A stretch of 64,000 nt of DNA, taken from assembly GCA_963422755.1 (NCBI GenBank), contig OY730488.1; one strand, given 5' to 3'. This stretch comes from Dehalococcoidia bacterium. Its GTDB lineage: Bacteria > Chloroflexota > Dehalococcoidia > Bin125. Below are positions 11,792 through 23,130 of this stretch, piece after piece; the stretch's first letter is position 1, and every line of letters starts with the position of its first letter. Both the position numbers and the translations under genes were made by a program. Under the pieces are notes generated by a model, which saw nothing but the letters and a program-made list of their open reading frames with translations, ran no database searches and was not told the origin of the DNA.

Positions 11792-12535
11792 GTGGTCACA
11801 ACCGCAGATTTTGCCGACCTACCCGGTCGCTTGATCGTGGTCGAGGGGATCGATGGCTCGGGCAAAAGCACCCAGCTCGATCTGCTGCACAAGTGGTTAC
11901 GCAGCGAGGGGTATGTCACGGTCTTCACTGAATGGAACTCGTCGCCGATCGTCCGCGACACCACCAAGCGCGGCAAGCGCAAACAACTGTTGACGCCGAT
12001 GTCGTTCAGTCTGATTCACGCAGCGGACTTCGCCAGCCGCACGTACGTGCAGATCTTACCTGCGCTGCAAGCGGGCGTGATCGTTCTGGCCGACCGCTAC
12101 GTGTACACGGCTTTCGCCCGCGACGCCGCGCGCGGCGTCAATCGTAAATGGGTGCGAGATCTGTATTCGTTCGCGCCGCCGCCTAATCTCGCGCTCTACT
12201 TCCATGTGTCTCTGGAAGAGTCCATCCGCCGCATCGGCGCCGCCCGAGACGAGATCAAGTTCTATGAGGCTGGCATGGACCTGGGTCTGGCGGAGGACGC
12301 GCGGGAGTCGTTTCGCCTGTTCCAGGGCCGCATCCTGGATGAATACGCATCGCTCTGCGACGAATACGACATCACGCGGATCGACGCCGCACAGTCGCTG
12401 GTCAACCAACAGGTGCAGGTGCGGCAGCTGGTGGAGCCGCTGCTCGCTGGGATGCCCCAGCGCGAGATCTCGAGCGTGCCGACGCATCTGCAGGCGGGGT
12501 TCGCCTCGCTGGCGGCAGGAGGAGGCGGCCGGTGA
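11792..12535 (+). CDS. Thymidylate-kinase-fold P-loop kinase (Tmk-like), paralog 1
   Basis: 247 aa. P-loop LIVVEGIDGSGKST, DRY motif VLADRYVY. GTG start with AAGGGA SD. Confidence 0.8.
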   Translation: MVTTADFADLPGRLIVVEGIDGSGKSTQLDLLHKWLRSEGYVTVFTEWNSSPIVRDTTKRGKRKQLLTPMSFSLIHAADFASRTYVQILPALQAGVIVLADRYVYTAFARDAARGVNRKWVRDLYSFAPPPNLALYFHVSLEESIRRIGAARDEIKFYEAGMDLGLAEDARESFRLFQGRILDEYASLCDEYDITRIDAAQSLVNQQVQVRQLVEPLLAGMPQREISSVPTHLQAGFASLAAGGGGR

Positions 12536-13221
12536 CCCAGGTCAAGTTCTACGGAGAGCCGCCGCCCGGCATCGAGCAGGACTGGCTGCCCGGCCGCCTG
12601 ATCGTGATCGAGGGCACAGACGGCGTGGGCCGCTCGACGATCATTTCGATCCTCAAGGACTTCCTCGAGGCGCAGGGCTGGGGCGTGGTCGACAGCGGCT
12701 TGCGCCGCTCGCCGTTAGTCGGCCCCGGCATCGATCAGGCCAAGGTGGGCCATACGCTGGATCCGATCACACTCAACCTGTTCTACGCCACCGACTTCTG
12801 GGACCGCTTCGAGCGGATCATGCTGCCAGCGCTGCAGGCGGGCATGGTGGTGTTGGCCGACCGCTACATCTTCTCGCTGATGGCGCGGGCGATTGTGCGC
12901 GGAGCGCCACGTGAGTGGCTGGAACAGATTTACGGCTTTGCGATGGTGCCTGACCAGGTGATCTATCTGGACATCGACGCCGAGGGCCTCGCCCTGCGCA
13001 TCCTTGAGCGCGGCTTCGATTTCTGGGAGTCCGGCGGCGACTACTTACACGACCGCAGTATCTACGACGGCTTCATGCAGCATCAACGCGAGCAGCTACG
13101 GGAGATGTTGGCCATGTCCGAGCGCTACGGCTGGGAAGTCGTGGACGCGCGCGGAACGATCGAGGAGGTCTTCGAGCAGGTCCGCCGCGTGGTCATGCCC
13201 ACGGTCGCCAGCATGTCGTAG
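12532..13221 (+). CDS. Thymidylate-kinase-fold P-loop kinase (Tmk-like), paralog 2
   Basis: 229 aa. Variant P-loop LIVIEGTDGVGRST (Lys->Arg), VLADRYIF. GTG start overlapping the paralog 1 stop, strong GGAGGAGG SD. Confidence 0.8.
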   Translation: MTQVKFYGEPPPGIEQDWLPGRLIVIEGTDGVGRSTIISILKDFLEAQGWGVVDSGLRRSPLVGPGIDQAKVGHTLDPITLNLFYATDFWDRFERIMLPALQAGMVVLADRYIFSLMARAIVRGAPREWLEQIYGFAMVPDQVIYLDIDAEGLALRILERGFDFWESGGDYLHDRSIYDGFMQHQREQLREMLAMSERYGWEVVDARGTIEEVFEQVRRVVMPTVASMS

Positions 13222-13300
13222 GACTTGCCGCGAGGCGTACTCCAGTCGCTCGTCGCCGCCGCTCATCGACCAGGCCGCGCGTGTATGCTAGGTCAGCCTG

Positions 13301-13376
13301 GCCGAGGTAGCTCAGTTGGTAGAGCACACGACTGAAAATCGTGGTGTCGGCAGTTCGACTCTGCCCCTCGGCACCA
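13301..13376 (+). tRNA. tRNA-Phe (anticodon GAA)
   Basis: GCCGAGGTAGCTCAGTTGGTAGAGC..., anticodon loop CUGAAAA, TPsiC GGCAGTTCGACTCTGCC, CCA encoded. Confidence 0.85.
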
Positions 13377-13383
13377 GCCTCAA

Positions 13384-16380
13384 CTAGTTCTCTGGCGTTT
13401 CCAGCGCGTCTGAGAGATATTCGACCACATGGCGCGGCTCGCGATCGGTGAAGTGGCCGATCTGCTGTCGACAAGAGACGCCAGTCACTGCCACCGGAAC
13501 GCCCAGCGCGTCGCGAATCGCGGGAAACAGCCTCAGTTCGCCCATCTGCCGCGATACCTCATAATGCTCGGATTCGAAGCCGAACGAGCCGGCCATACCG
13601 CAACAGCCGCTGTCGATCACTTGCGGGTCGTAGCCCGCAGCACGCAACACCGTCAACGTCTGGTCGAATCCCGCCAATGCCTTCTGGTGGCAATGCGGAT
13701 GTACGAGCAGTCGCCCGTGCGCGCCGTGAAACGGTCCTGACGCAACGGCGCCGTCAAGTTCCCGCGCGAGCCATTCATCGAACAGCCACGTCTGTGAGGC
13801 GACCGTCCGCGCGGCATCGTTGCGCAGCAACTGTGGATACTCATCACGGAAGGTCAGCAGACAGGATGGTTCCGTACCGATGATGGGCGTGCCGCGCCGA
13901 GCGTAATCCAACAGCGCGGCAACATTACGCTCGGCCAGTCGGCGAGCGTCGTCAAGCAATCCCTTCGAAACTGAAGGCCGCCCGCAGCAGGCGCCGCGCT
14001 CGATTCGGACGACGCGATAGCCGAGCGCCTCGATGATCCGCGTCGCCGCCATGCCGACCTCAGGATGCACATAGTTGGTAAAGGTGTCATCGAAGAGCAC
14101 AACCTCGCCGCGGAGCGTGCGTGCGTCGGTGGGTCGCGCGCGGCTGCGGAACCAGTGGCTGAACGTCTCACCGGCCAGCTTCGGCAGCGGACGTCGTGAA
14201 CCAATGCCGAGTTGCGCCGTGATTACTCGCGCTGGCCAAGTCGACGCGCATGCGTTGGCGAGCCGCGGCACCCGCGATCCCAACCGCAGCAGCAGCGCAA
14301 TGTGGGCGAAGATTCGATCGCGCAGCGGTACGCCGCGCGCGCGGTGCCGATGCGCCAGCACCTCATATTTGATCTTGGCCAGGTCGACACCCGACGGACA
14401 CTCCGCCTTGCAGGCCTTGCATTCGACGCACAGCTCCAACGCTTCGTACAGCCGGTCGCCCGACAGCTCCTCCAGCGGCATCGCGCCATTGAGCACCTGG
14501 CGCAGCAGGTTGGCGCGGCCGCGGGTGGAATGCTCTTCGTCCTGCGTGACCTGGAATGAGGGACACATACCGCCGTCGAATTTGCGACAAGCGCCTTGCC
14601 CGTTGCACATCTCGGCCGCGCGGGCGAGTCCGCCTTCAGCAGAGAAATCGAGCCAGTCGCCCGGATCATGATTGAGCGTCGCCGGGCTGAGCCGCAGGTT
14701 GTCGCGGAATGGCGGCGTATCGATGATCTTGCCGGGATTGAGCAGTCCGTCTGGATCGAAGATGCGCTTGGTCTCGCGGAACGCGTCGACCAAGCGCGCT
14801 CCGAACATCTTCTCCATGAACGCGCCGCGAACGATCCCATCACCGTGCTCCCCCGAGAGCGAGCCACCGAACTCGATCACCAGATCCGCAATCTCCGACG
14901 CCAGCGCCTCCGTCTGCTCCAGGCCAACAGGGTCTTTGACGTTGACTACCGGTCGGATGTGGAGGCAGCCGGCTGCGGCGTGTCCGTAGTACCCCGCTCG
15001 CAACCCCTGGGCCCGAACGGCGGCATCGAATCGGGCGACAAACTGCGGCAGCCGCTCGGGCGGCACAGCCGTGTCCTCGACGAACGCCACTGGCTTGGCG
15101 TCGCCATGCATCGACATCAGCAGCCCCAGTCCCGCCTGCCGCATCTGCCACATCCGCGCCTGTTGGGCGGAATCGGTCTCAGTGACGAACGCGTACCCCA
15201 TCCCCTGCGCGCGCAGCTCCGTCTCGATGGCGTGCAACTGCTCGGCAAGCTCAGCCTCGGAGTCGGCGAAGCATTCGATCAGCAGGATCGCCCCCGGCTC
15301 GCCGACGACAAACGCCGCCAGCGGTGCGTAGCCCACGCTGGATCGGCAGCGCTCGATGATGATGTCGTCGACCAGCTCAATCGCGGCGGGACGGTGGGCA
15401 TTGGCGGCGAGGGTCGCCTCGGCCGCTTCGATCAGCGTGTGAAAGTGCGCCGCCAGGATGCCTCGATACGCCGGCAGCTGGGCGAGCTGCACGGTCGCCT
15501 CGGTCACCACCGCGAGCGTCCCCTCCGAGCCGACGACCAGCTGCGACAGGTTGACGCCACCCGGATCCAGCAGCGCGTCGAGGTTGTACCCCGACACGCG
15601 GCGGGGGATATTTGGGTAGCGCTCGCCGATGCCATCGCGTTCGCGCTCGGCGAGCTCGCGGAGGTCGCGGTATAACCGCCCCTCGCGTCCGCCCTGGTCG
15701 ATCAGCGACCGCAGCCGTCGCGCGTCGACATGGTCGAAGCGCAGCCGTTCGCCGTCCGAGAGCACCACCTCCATCGCCTCGACGACATCAACCGTCTTGC
15801 CGTAGAGTCCGCTATGGGTTCCGCAGGAGTTATTGCCGATGCCGCCGCCGATCGTGGCTCGATTGGCGGTGGAGGGGTCGATGGGGTAGTGCAACCCATG
15901 CGGGCGGGCCGCCTTGTTCAGTTGTGACAAGACCAACCCCGGCTGGACGCGGGCACGCCGTCGCGCTGGGTCAATCTCCAGCACAGCGCTCATGTGACGT
16001 GTGAAGTCAAGCACGACTGCATGATTGACACCCTGTCCAGCGAGGCTGGTGCCGCCGCCGCGCGGCAGAACGGGTACGCCGTGCGAGCGCGCAATGCCCA
16101 CTGCAGCGGTGACATCGTCGTCGCTACGCGGAAACACGACGGCCACCGGCTCCATCTCGTAGAGAGACGCGTCGGTGGCGTAGAGCAGCCGCGAGGGGCG
16201 GTCGATCAGCAGGTCAGACGGGTCTGAGAGGGCGTCGCGTAGGTCGCCGGCGAGCCCGTTCAGCGCATTCGGGCCGTTGCTCAGCATCGCGCGAGCGCGT
16301 CGCACTGAGCGAAAGCTGGACGGCGCCGCGCCCGCAAGCACACTCCGAACAGACGACGGTGTGGTCACGTGAGCGCTCAT
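13384..16380 (-). CDS. FAD-binding oxidase fused to (Fe-S)-binding/CCG domains (GlcD-GlcF / YdiJ-like)
   Basis: 998 aa. N-terminal FAD-binding PCMH domain (PRGGGTSLAGQ), C-terminal 4Fe-4S ferredoxin motif CVECKACKAECP and cysteine-rich CCG domains. Start overlaps the tenI-like stop (ATGA). Confidence 0.85.
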   Translation of the reverse strand: MSAHVTTPSSVRSVLAGAAPSSFRSVRRARAMLSNGPNALNGLAGDLRDALSDPSDLLIDRPSRLLYATDASLYEMEPVAVVFPRSDDDVTAAVGIARSHGVPVLPRGGGTSLAGQGVNHAVVLDFTRHMSAVLEIDPARRRARVQPGLVLSQLNKAARPHGLHYPIDPSTANRATIGGGIGNNSCGTHSGLYGKTVDVVEAMEVVLSDGERLRFDHVDARRLRSLIDQGGREGRLYRDLRELAERERDGIGERYPNIPRRVSGYNLDALLDPGGVNLSQLVVGSEGTLAVVTEATVQLAQLPAYRGILAAHFHTLIEAAEATLAANAHRPAAIELVDDIIIERCRSSVGYAPLAAFVVGEPGAILLIECFADSEAELAEQLHAIETELRAQGMGYAFVTETDSAQQARMWQMRQAGLGLLMSMHGDAKPVAFVEDTAVPPERLPQFVARFDAAVRAQGLRAGYYGHAAAGCLHIRPVVNVKDPVGLEQTEALASEIADLVIEFGGSLSGEHGDGIVRGAFMEKMFGARLVDAFRETKRIFDPDGLLNPGKIIDTPPFRDNLRLSPATLNHDPGDWLDFSAEGGLARAAEMCNGQGACRKFDGGMCPSFQVTQDEEHSTRGRANLLRQVLNGAMPLEELSGDRLYEALELCVECKACKAECPSGVDLAKIKYEVLAHRHRARGVPLRDRIFAHIALLLRLGSRVPRLANACASTWPARVITAQLGIGSRRPLPKLAGETFSHWFRSRARPTDARTLRGEVVLFDDTFTNYVHPEVGMAATRIIEALGYRVVRIERGACCGRPSVSKGLLDDARRLAERNVAALLDYARRGTPIIGTEPSCLLTFRDEYPQLLRNDAARTVASQTWLFDEWLARELDGAVASGPFHGAHGRLLVHPHCHQKALAGFDQTLTVLRAAGYDPQVIDSGCCGMAGSFGFESEHYEVSRQMGELRLFPAIRDALGVPVAVTGVSCRQQIGHFTDREPRHVVEYLSDALETPEN

Positions 16381-16961
16381 GCGAGCAGGCTACTGTGCAG
16401 CTGATACGCCGCCTCAGACGGATCCTCAGCGCCAAGAATGGCACTCCGCACCGCGATGCCCCAGGCACCGGCTTGCAGCGCCGATTGGGCGTGCGCGGAC
16501 GTCAGACCACCGATGGCGTAGCAGGGCACGACGCCGAGCTGGCCGCTCAGCATCGTCAGATGCTCGAGCCCTGCCCCTGCTCGGTTGGGGTGGGAAGCGG
16601 TCTTGAAGATGGTACCGACAACCGCGTAGTCGACCGTGTCGGCGAGCGCCGTCTGCGCTTCCTCTGCGTCATGCACAGAACGGCCGAGCAAGACCGGTCG
16701 CTCGACCGGCGACTCAGCGGCGGCGGGCAGGTGCAAGCCGATTCCGAGCGCGTCCGCAATCTCGACTCGATTGTTGACGGTCAACACCGTCTGCGGCGGG
16801 ACGCGTCGCTGCACCGCACGGATTAGTGCGATCAATGCCGCGTCGCGCAGGTCCCGCTCGCGAAACTGGACGATCAACTGTCCGCCGACGCCCTGTGCCG
16901 CGCGAACGATGACGTCGGACAGCGGGCGACCTTGCGCCCCCTGTAGATCGGCGATCAGCAT
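16377..16961 (-). CDS. Thiamin-phosphate synthase family protein (second copy; ThiE/TenI-like)
   Basis: TMP-TENI fold (...VLLGRSVHDAEEAQTA...DYAVVGTIFKTASHP...). Start taken at internal Met. Listed ORF N-terminal extension is not protein-like. Confidence 0.7.
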   Translation of the reverse strand: MLIADLQGAQGRPLSDVIVRAAQGVGGQLIVQFRERDLRDAALIALIRAVQRRVPPQTVLTVNNRVEIADALGIGLHLPAAAESPVERPVLLGRSVHDAEEAQTALADTVDYAVVGTIFKTASHPNRAGAGLEHLTMLSGQLGVVPCYAIGGLTSAHAQSALQAGAWGIAVRSAILGAEDPSEAAYQLHSSLLA

Positions 16962-16975
16962 CAGTCGGTGCAGGA

Positions 16976-17758
16976 TCACGGCGACCTCCGCTGAAACCGC
17001 CAGGGGATCGCGCGCCGCTCGAGCAGCACCACTGCCAGGAAGAGCAGATAGCTCAACAGCGCGACCACGAAGATAGCGCCGAAGACGAGGTCGGTGCGGA
17101 AAGACAGTCTCGATTGCTCGAGGAAGATGCCGAGTCCGTCTGTGGCCCCGGCGAGCTCGCCAAAGATCGCACCCAGCACCGCATAGATCGCTGCAATCCG
17201 CAGGCCAGTGAACAGGTCGGGCAGCGCCGCGGGAATCTTCACATAGCGGTACATTTGCCATCTAGAGGCGCCAAACGTGCGCATCAAATCTAGAGTCGGT
17301 CGCTCGGTCGCGGCTAGGCCCGCGGCGAAGCCCAGCACAATCGGCACGAAGGTAAACAAGCCGATCACGATGATCTTCGGCAACATGCCAAACCCGAACC
17401 AGATAATCATCAGCGGGGCTACGACCGGAATCGGTACGGTCTGCGAGGCGACGATCAGCGGATAGAGCGCCCGTCGCAGCGGCGCGGACAGATCGAGCAG
17501 CAGCCCCAGCGTGAGTGCGCAGATGACGCTGATCGCAAATCCCGCGCCGACTTCGGACATGGTGACCAGCGAGTGCCCCCAGATCGAGCCGGCCGACTCC
17601 ACGCTCTCGCGGACGATGCGGATGGGGCCCGGCAGCACCTCGGGGCGAATGTCTGAAAGCCAAACGTAGGCTTGCCAGCTGCTCAGGACCACGAGCGTCA
17701 ACGCTGCGGGCGCGGCCACGCTGAGCGCAAACTCGCGGCTGAGGTTGCGGTAGCTCAC
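16976..17758 (-). CDS. thiX: ABC transporter permease (ThiX-like)
   Basis: Multi-TM permease with N-terminus VSYRNLSREFALSVAAPAALTLVVL. GTG start overlapping the ATPase stop. Confidence 0.8.
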   Translation of the reverse strand: MSYRNLSREFALSVAAPAALTLVVLSSWQAYVWLSDIRPEVLPGPIRIVRESVESAGSIWGHSLVTMSEVGAGFAISVICALTLGLLLDLSAPLRRALYPLIVASQTVPIPVVAPLMIIWFGFGMLPKIIVIGLFTFVPIVLGFAAGLAATERPTLDLMRTFGASRWQMYRYVKIPAALPDLFTGLRIAAIYAVLGAIFGELAGATDGLGIFLEQSRLSFRTDLVFGAIFVVALLSYLLFLAVVLLERRAIPWRFQRRSP

Positions 17759-18522
17759 GGCGGCGACTCCACATGCCCGGTCTCGCGGCGCAGGACGTCG
17801 ATCAGTCGGTGGGCGGTTTCTGTCTCGGCGGCGCGCGCGCCGCGCGGACGCGGCAAATCGACCTCGATCACGTGCGTGATCCGTCCTGGTCGCGGTGACA
17901 TCACATAGACGCGGTCGGAGAGTGCCACTGCTTCGTGCGGATCGTGTGTCACCAGCAGCGCCGAGCCGCCGATCCGATGCCAAGCTTCGGCCAGCCAGGC
18001 CTGGAGCTGTCCGCGCGTGATCGCGTCCAGTGCGCCGAACGGCTCATCGAGCAGCAGAAACGAGCGACCGAGCAGGTAGGTACGCAGAAAACTCGCCCGC
18101 TGGCGCATACCGCCCGAGAGCTCTTGCGGACGCCGATGCTCGAATCCGCCGAGTCCGAACTGGGGACAGAGAGCGGATGCGCGCGCGCGCGCCGCAGCGG
18201 GTCGCTCGCCCTGTACTTCCAGCCCCAGGGACACGTTCTCCAGCACAGTGCGCCACGGGAAGAGCATGTCCTGCTGCGGCATGTAGCCGAAGCGCCTGAG
18301 CCGCTCTGCCGCAGGCGGTGACGCGCCGTCGACCAGGATGCGGCCGGCGTCGGCGTCGTCCAGGCCAGCGATCAGGTTGAGCAGCGTCGTCTTACCGCAG
18401 CCGGACGGCCCAACCAGCGAGACGAACTCACCGTCGCGCACGCGCAGGGAAGCACCGCTGAGCGCCTGCACGCGGTCGACGCCAGAGCCAAACGCCTTCT
18501 CGACCGACTCCACCTCAAGCAC
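17755..18522 (-). CDS. thiZ: ABC transporter ATP-binding protein (ThiZ-like)
   Basis: Walker A GPSGCGKTT, ABC signature LSGGMRQRAS, Walker B LLLDEPFGALD. Confidence 0.85.
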   Translation of the reverse strand: MLEVESVEKAFGSGVDRVQALSGASLRVRDGEFVSLVGPSGCGKTTLLNLIAGLDDADAGRILVDGASPPAAERLRRFGYMPQQDMLFPWRTVLENVSLGLEVQGERPAAARARASALCPQFGLGGFEHRRPQELSGGMRQRASFLRTYLLGRSFLLLDEPFGALDAITRGQLQAWLAEAWHRIGGSALLVTHDPHEAVALSDRVYVMSPRPGRITHVIEVDLPRPRGARAAETETAHRLIDVLRRETGHVESPP

Positions 18523-18528
18523 GGCGGC

Positions 18529-19611
18529 TCAGTCCAGCGATGCCCGCGCCGCCTCGTAGAGGTCATTTGTGAAGTGCGCGGCGTAGTCGGGCGGGTCGTT
18601 GAGCGGATCGCCGTCGACATCGAGCAGCAGGCCCTGAGCGAAGAGCCAGGCGGTATAGCCCTGCCACTGCGCGAGCGTCTGCGAACCCCAGCGGCCATCG
18701 GGATCGACGTAGTACTGCGCCGCCAGCAGCCGAGCCGACTCGTACACCAAATCGAGATTGGGGAAGACATCCTCACCGGCGAGGGCGATCATCATCCGCG
18801 CCGCCTCGTTCGGTTCCGAGACGGCGTACTCGTAGCCTTGAATGGTGGCGGCGAGGAAGCGAGTCAGCAGATCAGGGTCAGCATCGATGAGGCCGCGATC
18901 CGCGACCAGCACGACGCCGGGATAGTCGGGAATACCGAAATCGGCGTACTTCCAGGTTTTCAGCTCGATTCCGCGTTGGCGCGCCTCGATTCCCTCCCAG
19001 GTAACGAAGGGTTCAACGGCCTGCACCCGACCCTCATACAGCGCCTCGTACGCGGCGGTATCGAGGATGACGCCGGAGATGTCGCCGCGGCCGCCGTCGG
19101 CGCGGACAACCCACTCCCACTGCGGCTGCTCGGCAGGGCCGCCGAAGCCACCGTAGAGCTGCCCATCAAGATCGCGCGGTCGCTCGATCGGTCCGTCCGC
19201 CAGTACGGCAACCTCAGTGGGGTTGGTCTGCAGGACGGCCGCAATGGACACGATATCCAAACCGCGCGCGCGGAAGAGCGGCAGGTAGGTCGGAAAGGAG
19301 AACGCTACGTCGGCGACGCCCTGATCGATGAGTATCTCGCCGGCCACACCGCTGTAGGGCAGCAGTTCGACCTCGATCCCTTCGTCCTCATACCAGCCCT
19401 GAGCTAACGCGACGTAGATGCCAGTGTGATTGGTGTTGGGTAGCCAGTCGAGCTGCACGCGGATGACGTTCGGCTCCGACTGCGCCTGTGGCTCCACCAC
19501 CCGCACCGTTGCGCGTTCAGCGTCTTCGGCGTCGGAGCAGGCGCTCGCGGTCAGCGCAGCGCCGAGCAGAAACCACCCGAGCAGCGCGAGCGTCAGACGG
19601 CGCACATTCAT
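18529..19611 (-). CDS. thiY: NMT1/THI5-like periplasmic binding protein (ThiY-like, pyrimidine precursor salvage)
   Basis: 360 aa. Lipoprotein-type signal (LGAALTASAC), SsuA/THI5 fold. Sits between tenA and the ABC ATPase/permease. Confidence 0.8.
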   Translation of the reverse strand: MNVRRLTLALLGWFLLGAALTASACSDAEDAERATVRVVEPQAQSEPNVIRVQLDWLPNTNHTGIYVALAQGWYEDEGIEVELLPYSGVAGEILIDQGVADVAFSFPTYLPLFRARGLDIVSIAAVLQTNPTEVAVLADGPIERPRDLDGQLYGGFGGPAEQPQWEWVVRADGGRGDISGVILDTAAYEALYEGRVQAVEPFVTWEGIEARQRGIELKTWKYADFGIPDYPGVVLVADRGLIDADPDLLTRFLAATIQGYEYAVSEPNEAARMMIALAGEDVFPNLDLVYESARLLAAQYYVDPDGRWGSQTLAQWQGYTAWLFAQGLLLDVDGDPLNDPPDYAAHFTNDLYEAARASLD

Positions 19612-20246
19612 TCCACACCTCCATTGACCCAGGCGGAATCGAAGAAGCGGTACTCGAGCTCCATTGCGGTGCGAAATTTGATCGCCACGGGTGCAGAGTC
19701 GTCACCATGCTCATCGAGCATGTCCTGGATGATCTCCACCTTCTCGAGATAGTCCTGGCTGGAATACATCTGGATCCAGAAACCGTAGCGGTCGTCAAAT
19801 GGTTGGTCGGCCAACTGCGATCCCAGCCAGCCGTAGAGTTTGGCGCACGGGGCCATCGCCGCCAGGTGTTCGCCGATCGTGCCCAACGACGCAGTCGCGA
19901 GGAGGAAGTCCGTGTACTCCCGCGCCGCCGGCAGCGGCTGGACGTCGTCGAGCGAGACGCCGAGTTCGGGCGCGGTCTGTTCATGCAGCGTGCCTTCGCT
20001 CAGAATGCCCGCCAGCAGGGCCCCGAACTGGCGGCGGGTGCCCCAATCCTGAGCGCGCACTGCGCCCCATGCATAGGAGCGCGCGTATGCGTCGAGGTAG
20101 AAGTGGTCTTGCTGCGCAAACAGCCCGTAGCGGGCCGCAGAGAGACTGCCGTCGGCGAGGCCCGTCACGAAGGGATGCTCAAGACAGGCTTCGGCGAGGT
20201 CACGGTTGGCCTCCCAGAGGCATTGCGACAGCGTTGGGTCGGACAC
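19608..20246 (-). CDS. tenA: Aminopyrimidine aminohydrolase TenA (thiaminase II)
   Basis: 212 aa. TENA/THI-4 family signature (HPFVTGLADGSL...YGLFAQQDHFYL). Confidence 0.85.
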   Translation of the reverse strand: MSDPTLSQCLWEANRDLAEACLEHPFVTGLADGSLSAARYGLFAQQDHFYLDAYARSYAWGAVRAQDWGTRRQFGALLAGILSEGTLHEQTAPELGVSLDDVQPLPAAREYTDFLLATASLGTIGEHLAAMAPCAKLYGWLGSQLADQPFDDRYGFWIQMYSSQDYLEKVEIIQDMLDEHGDDSAPVAIKFRTAMELEYRFFDSAWVNGGVE

Positions 20247-20280
20247 GGTGGCGTTCCAATCGATTTCCGTTTCGCACAGC

Positions 20281-21346
<1,066 letters not shown>

Positions 21347-21350
<4 letters not shown>

Positions 21351-22477
21351 CCGGCAGCCTCCTGACGCTGGCGCAAGAAGCGCTCGAAGCTGAACGGCGC
21401 CAGCGCATCGGTCAGCTGGCCTGCGAGCATCGACTCGGCAACCCAGTGCGCCGTGCTCGGCGCCAGCAAGATGCCACCCCGATAGTGCCCGGCGGCGATG
21501 AACACGCCGTCAACGCTCGTCGGTCCGAGCGCTGGCAGATGGTCGGAGAATGCGGGGCGCAAGCCTACATCGATTTCTGTCAGATGTAGGTCGTAGATCC
21601 CCGGCAACACCTCGAATCCGAACCGCAGCAAGTCGAGCACTCCGCCAGCGGTGGGGGTCAAGTCGAAGCCCTGTTCTTCCTCCGTTGCGCCGATCACCAG
21701 CTCACCCCCAGTTCGGGGGACGAGATACACGTCCCTGTTGCGCAGCACGTGCTCGGTCAACGGCTGACCATCTAGATGCAGGATCTGGCCCTTGACCGGG
21801 CGCATACCGACTATCGGCAGCGGGGTGAGCATTCCGTCCTCGAGCCAAACGCCCGAGGCCAGGAGCACCTGATCCGTTTGCAGCGTGGGGCTACCGCCGG
21901 CGGACTCCAGCGCCAGGGTGAGCTGGCCATTGCTCGGCTCGATGGCCGTAACGCTGGTCTGGGTTCGAATCTCCACGCCAAGCGCCTCGCAAGCCGCGCG
22001 CAGCGAGGCGATGAGCATTCGCGGGTTGACCTGCGTATCCCGCTCGACCAGCAGGCCGCCGACGGCGCGCGGGGAGACGTGCGGCTCAATCTGGCGCAGT
22101 TCGCGCCCGGTCAGGCGCTGCGCCGGCATACCGCGATCCTGCTGGATTGCGCAGAGGTGATCTAGCTCCAGCTCGTCGTCACGGTGGCGCGAGACCCAAA
22201 GCGTGCCTTCGTCGCGGTAGCCACAGGACTGTCCGCCAGTCGCCTCGACATCAGCGACGAACTGCCGATAGCGTCGCAAGCTGTCGAGCTGGAGCTCCAG
22301 CAGGGGCGGCGGCGTGTTCTCCAGCTCGGAGGAGGGCGCCAGCATGCCGGCAGCGACTGATGAGGCGCCCGCGCCTAGCGCTACCCGTTCCAGCAAGGTC
22401 ACGTCGAAGCCGCGGCGCGCCAGCTCGAACGCGCAAGACAGCCCGATCACACCGCCGCCTACGATTGCCACACGCAT
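21347..22477 (-). CDS. thiO: Glycine oxidase ThiO
   Basis: FAD dinucleotide fold at the N-terminus MRVAIVGGGVIGLSCAFELARRGFDV. DAO family, located in the thi operon. Start overlaps the thiE stop. Confidence 0.85.
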
Positions 22478-23130
22478 CAGGTCCACCGCGCAATCTCGTC
22501 GGCGAAAGCGCGCGTCGCTCGGCCTGGATCCTGCTGACACACTACGGCGGACAACACAGCGACGCCGTGCGCCCCGGCAGCGAGCAGATCGGCGACGCGC
22601 TCGACCGTGACGCCGCCGATCCCGATGACCGGCTTGTCGACGGCGGCGCAGATCTCGGCAAAGCACTCAAGGCCCAGCATCGGCGCAGCGCGTCCGCCTT
22701 TGGAGGTGGTACCGAAGACCGGTCCGACCCCGAGGTAATCGACTGGCCGCTGCGCGACCGTGATCGCCTCCTCGACAGAATTGGCCGTGCCGCCGATGAT
22801 CGCCTCAGGGCCGAGCATCCGTCGCGCCATATGTGGCGGGAGATCGTCGCGGCCGAGGTGCACAGCCGTCGCACCGACGGCGGCTGCCACATCCACGCGG
22901 TCGTTGACCAGCAGCGTCGCTCCATGCGTGTGACAGGCAGTGCACATCAGCTCAGCGACGCGGATCATCTGCCGTGTTGAGACTGGACGTTTCTCGCGGT
23001 ACTGCACCGTGTCAGCTCCGCCAGCCGCGGCGGCCGTGGCGAGGGCAACATGTGAGGCGCGATCTTGCAACAGCTCGTCCGTAATGACGTGCAGCCGACC
23101 GATCGGTTTGGTGTACGTAGTCATCAGCAA
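22477..23130 (-). CDS. thiE: Thiamin-phosphate synthase ThiE
   Basis: 217 aa, canonical ThiE (HVITDELL...VQYREK...LLVNDRVDVAAAVGATAVHLG...GVGPVFGT). Confidence 0.9.
   Translation of the reverse strand: MLMTTYTKPIGRLHVITDELLQDRASHVALATAAAAGGADTVQYREKRPVSTRQMIRVAELMCTACHTHGATLLVNDRVDVAAAVGATAVHLGRDDLPPHMARRMLGPEAIIGGTANSVEEAITVAQRPVDYLGVGPVFGTTSKGGRAAPMLGLECFAEICAAVDKPVIGIGGVTVERVADLLAAGAHGVAVLSAVVCQQDPGRATRAFADEIARWT

Noticed and set aside
16962-17261. N-terminal 100 codons of ORF 16377-17261 (thiE/tenI-like)
   Set aside because: Overlaps the thiX permease in another frame and is Arg/Cys-rich junk. ThiE-fold homology starts at the internal Met.
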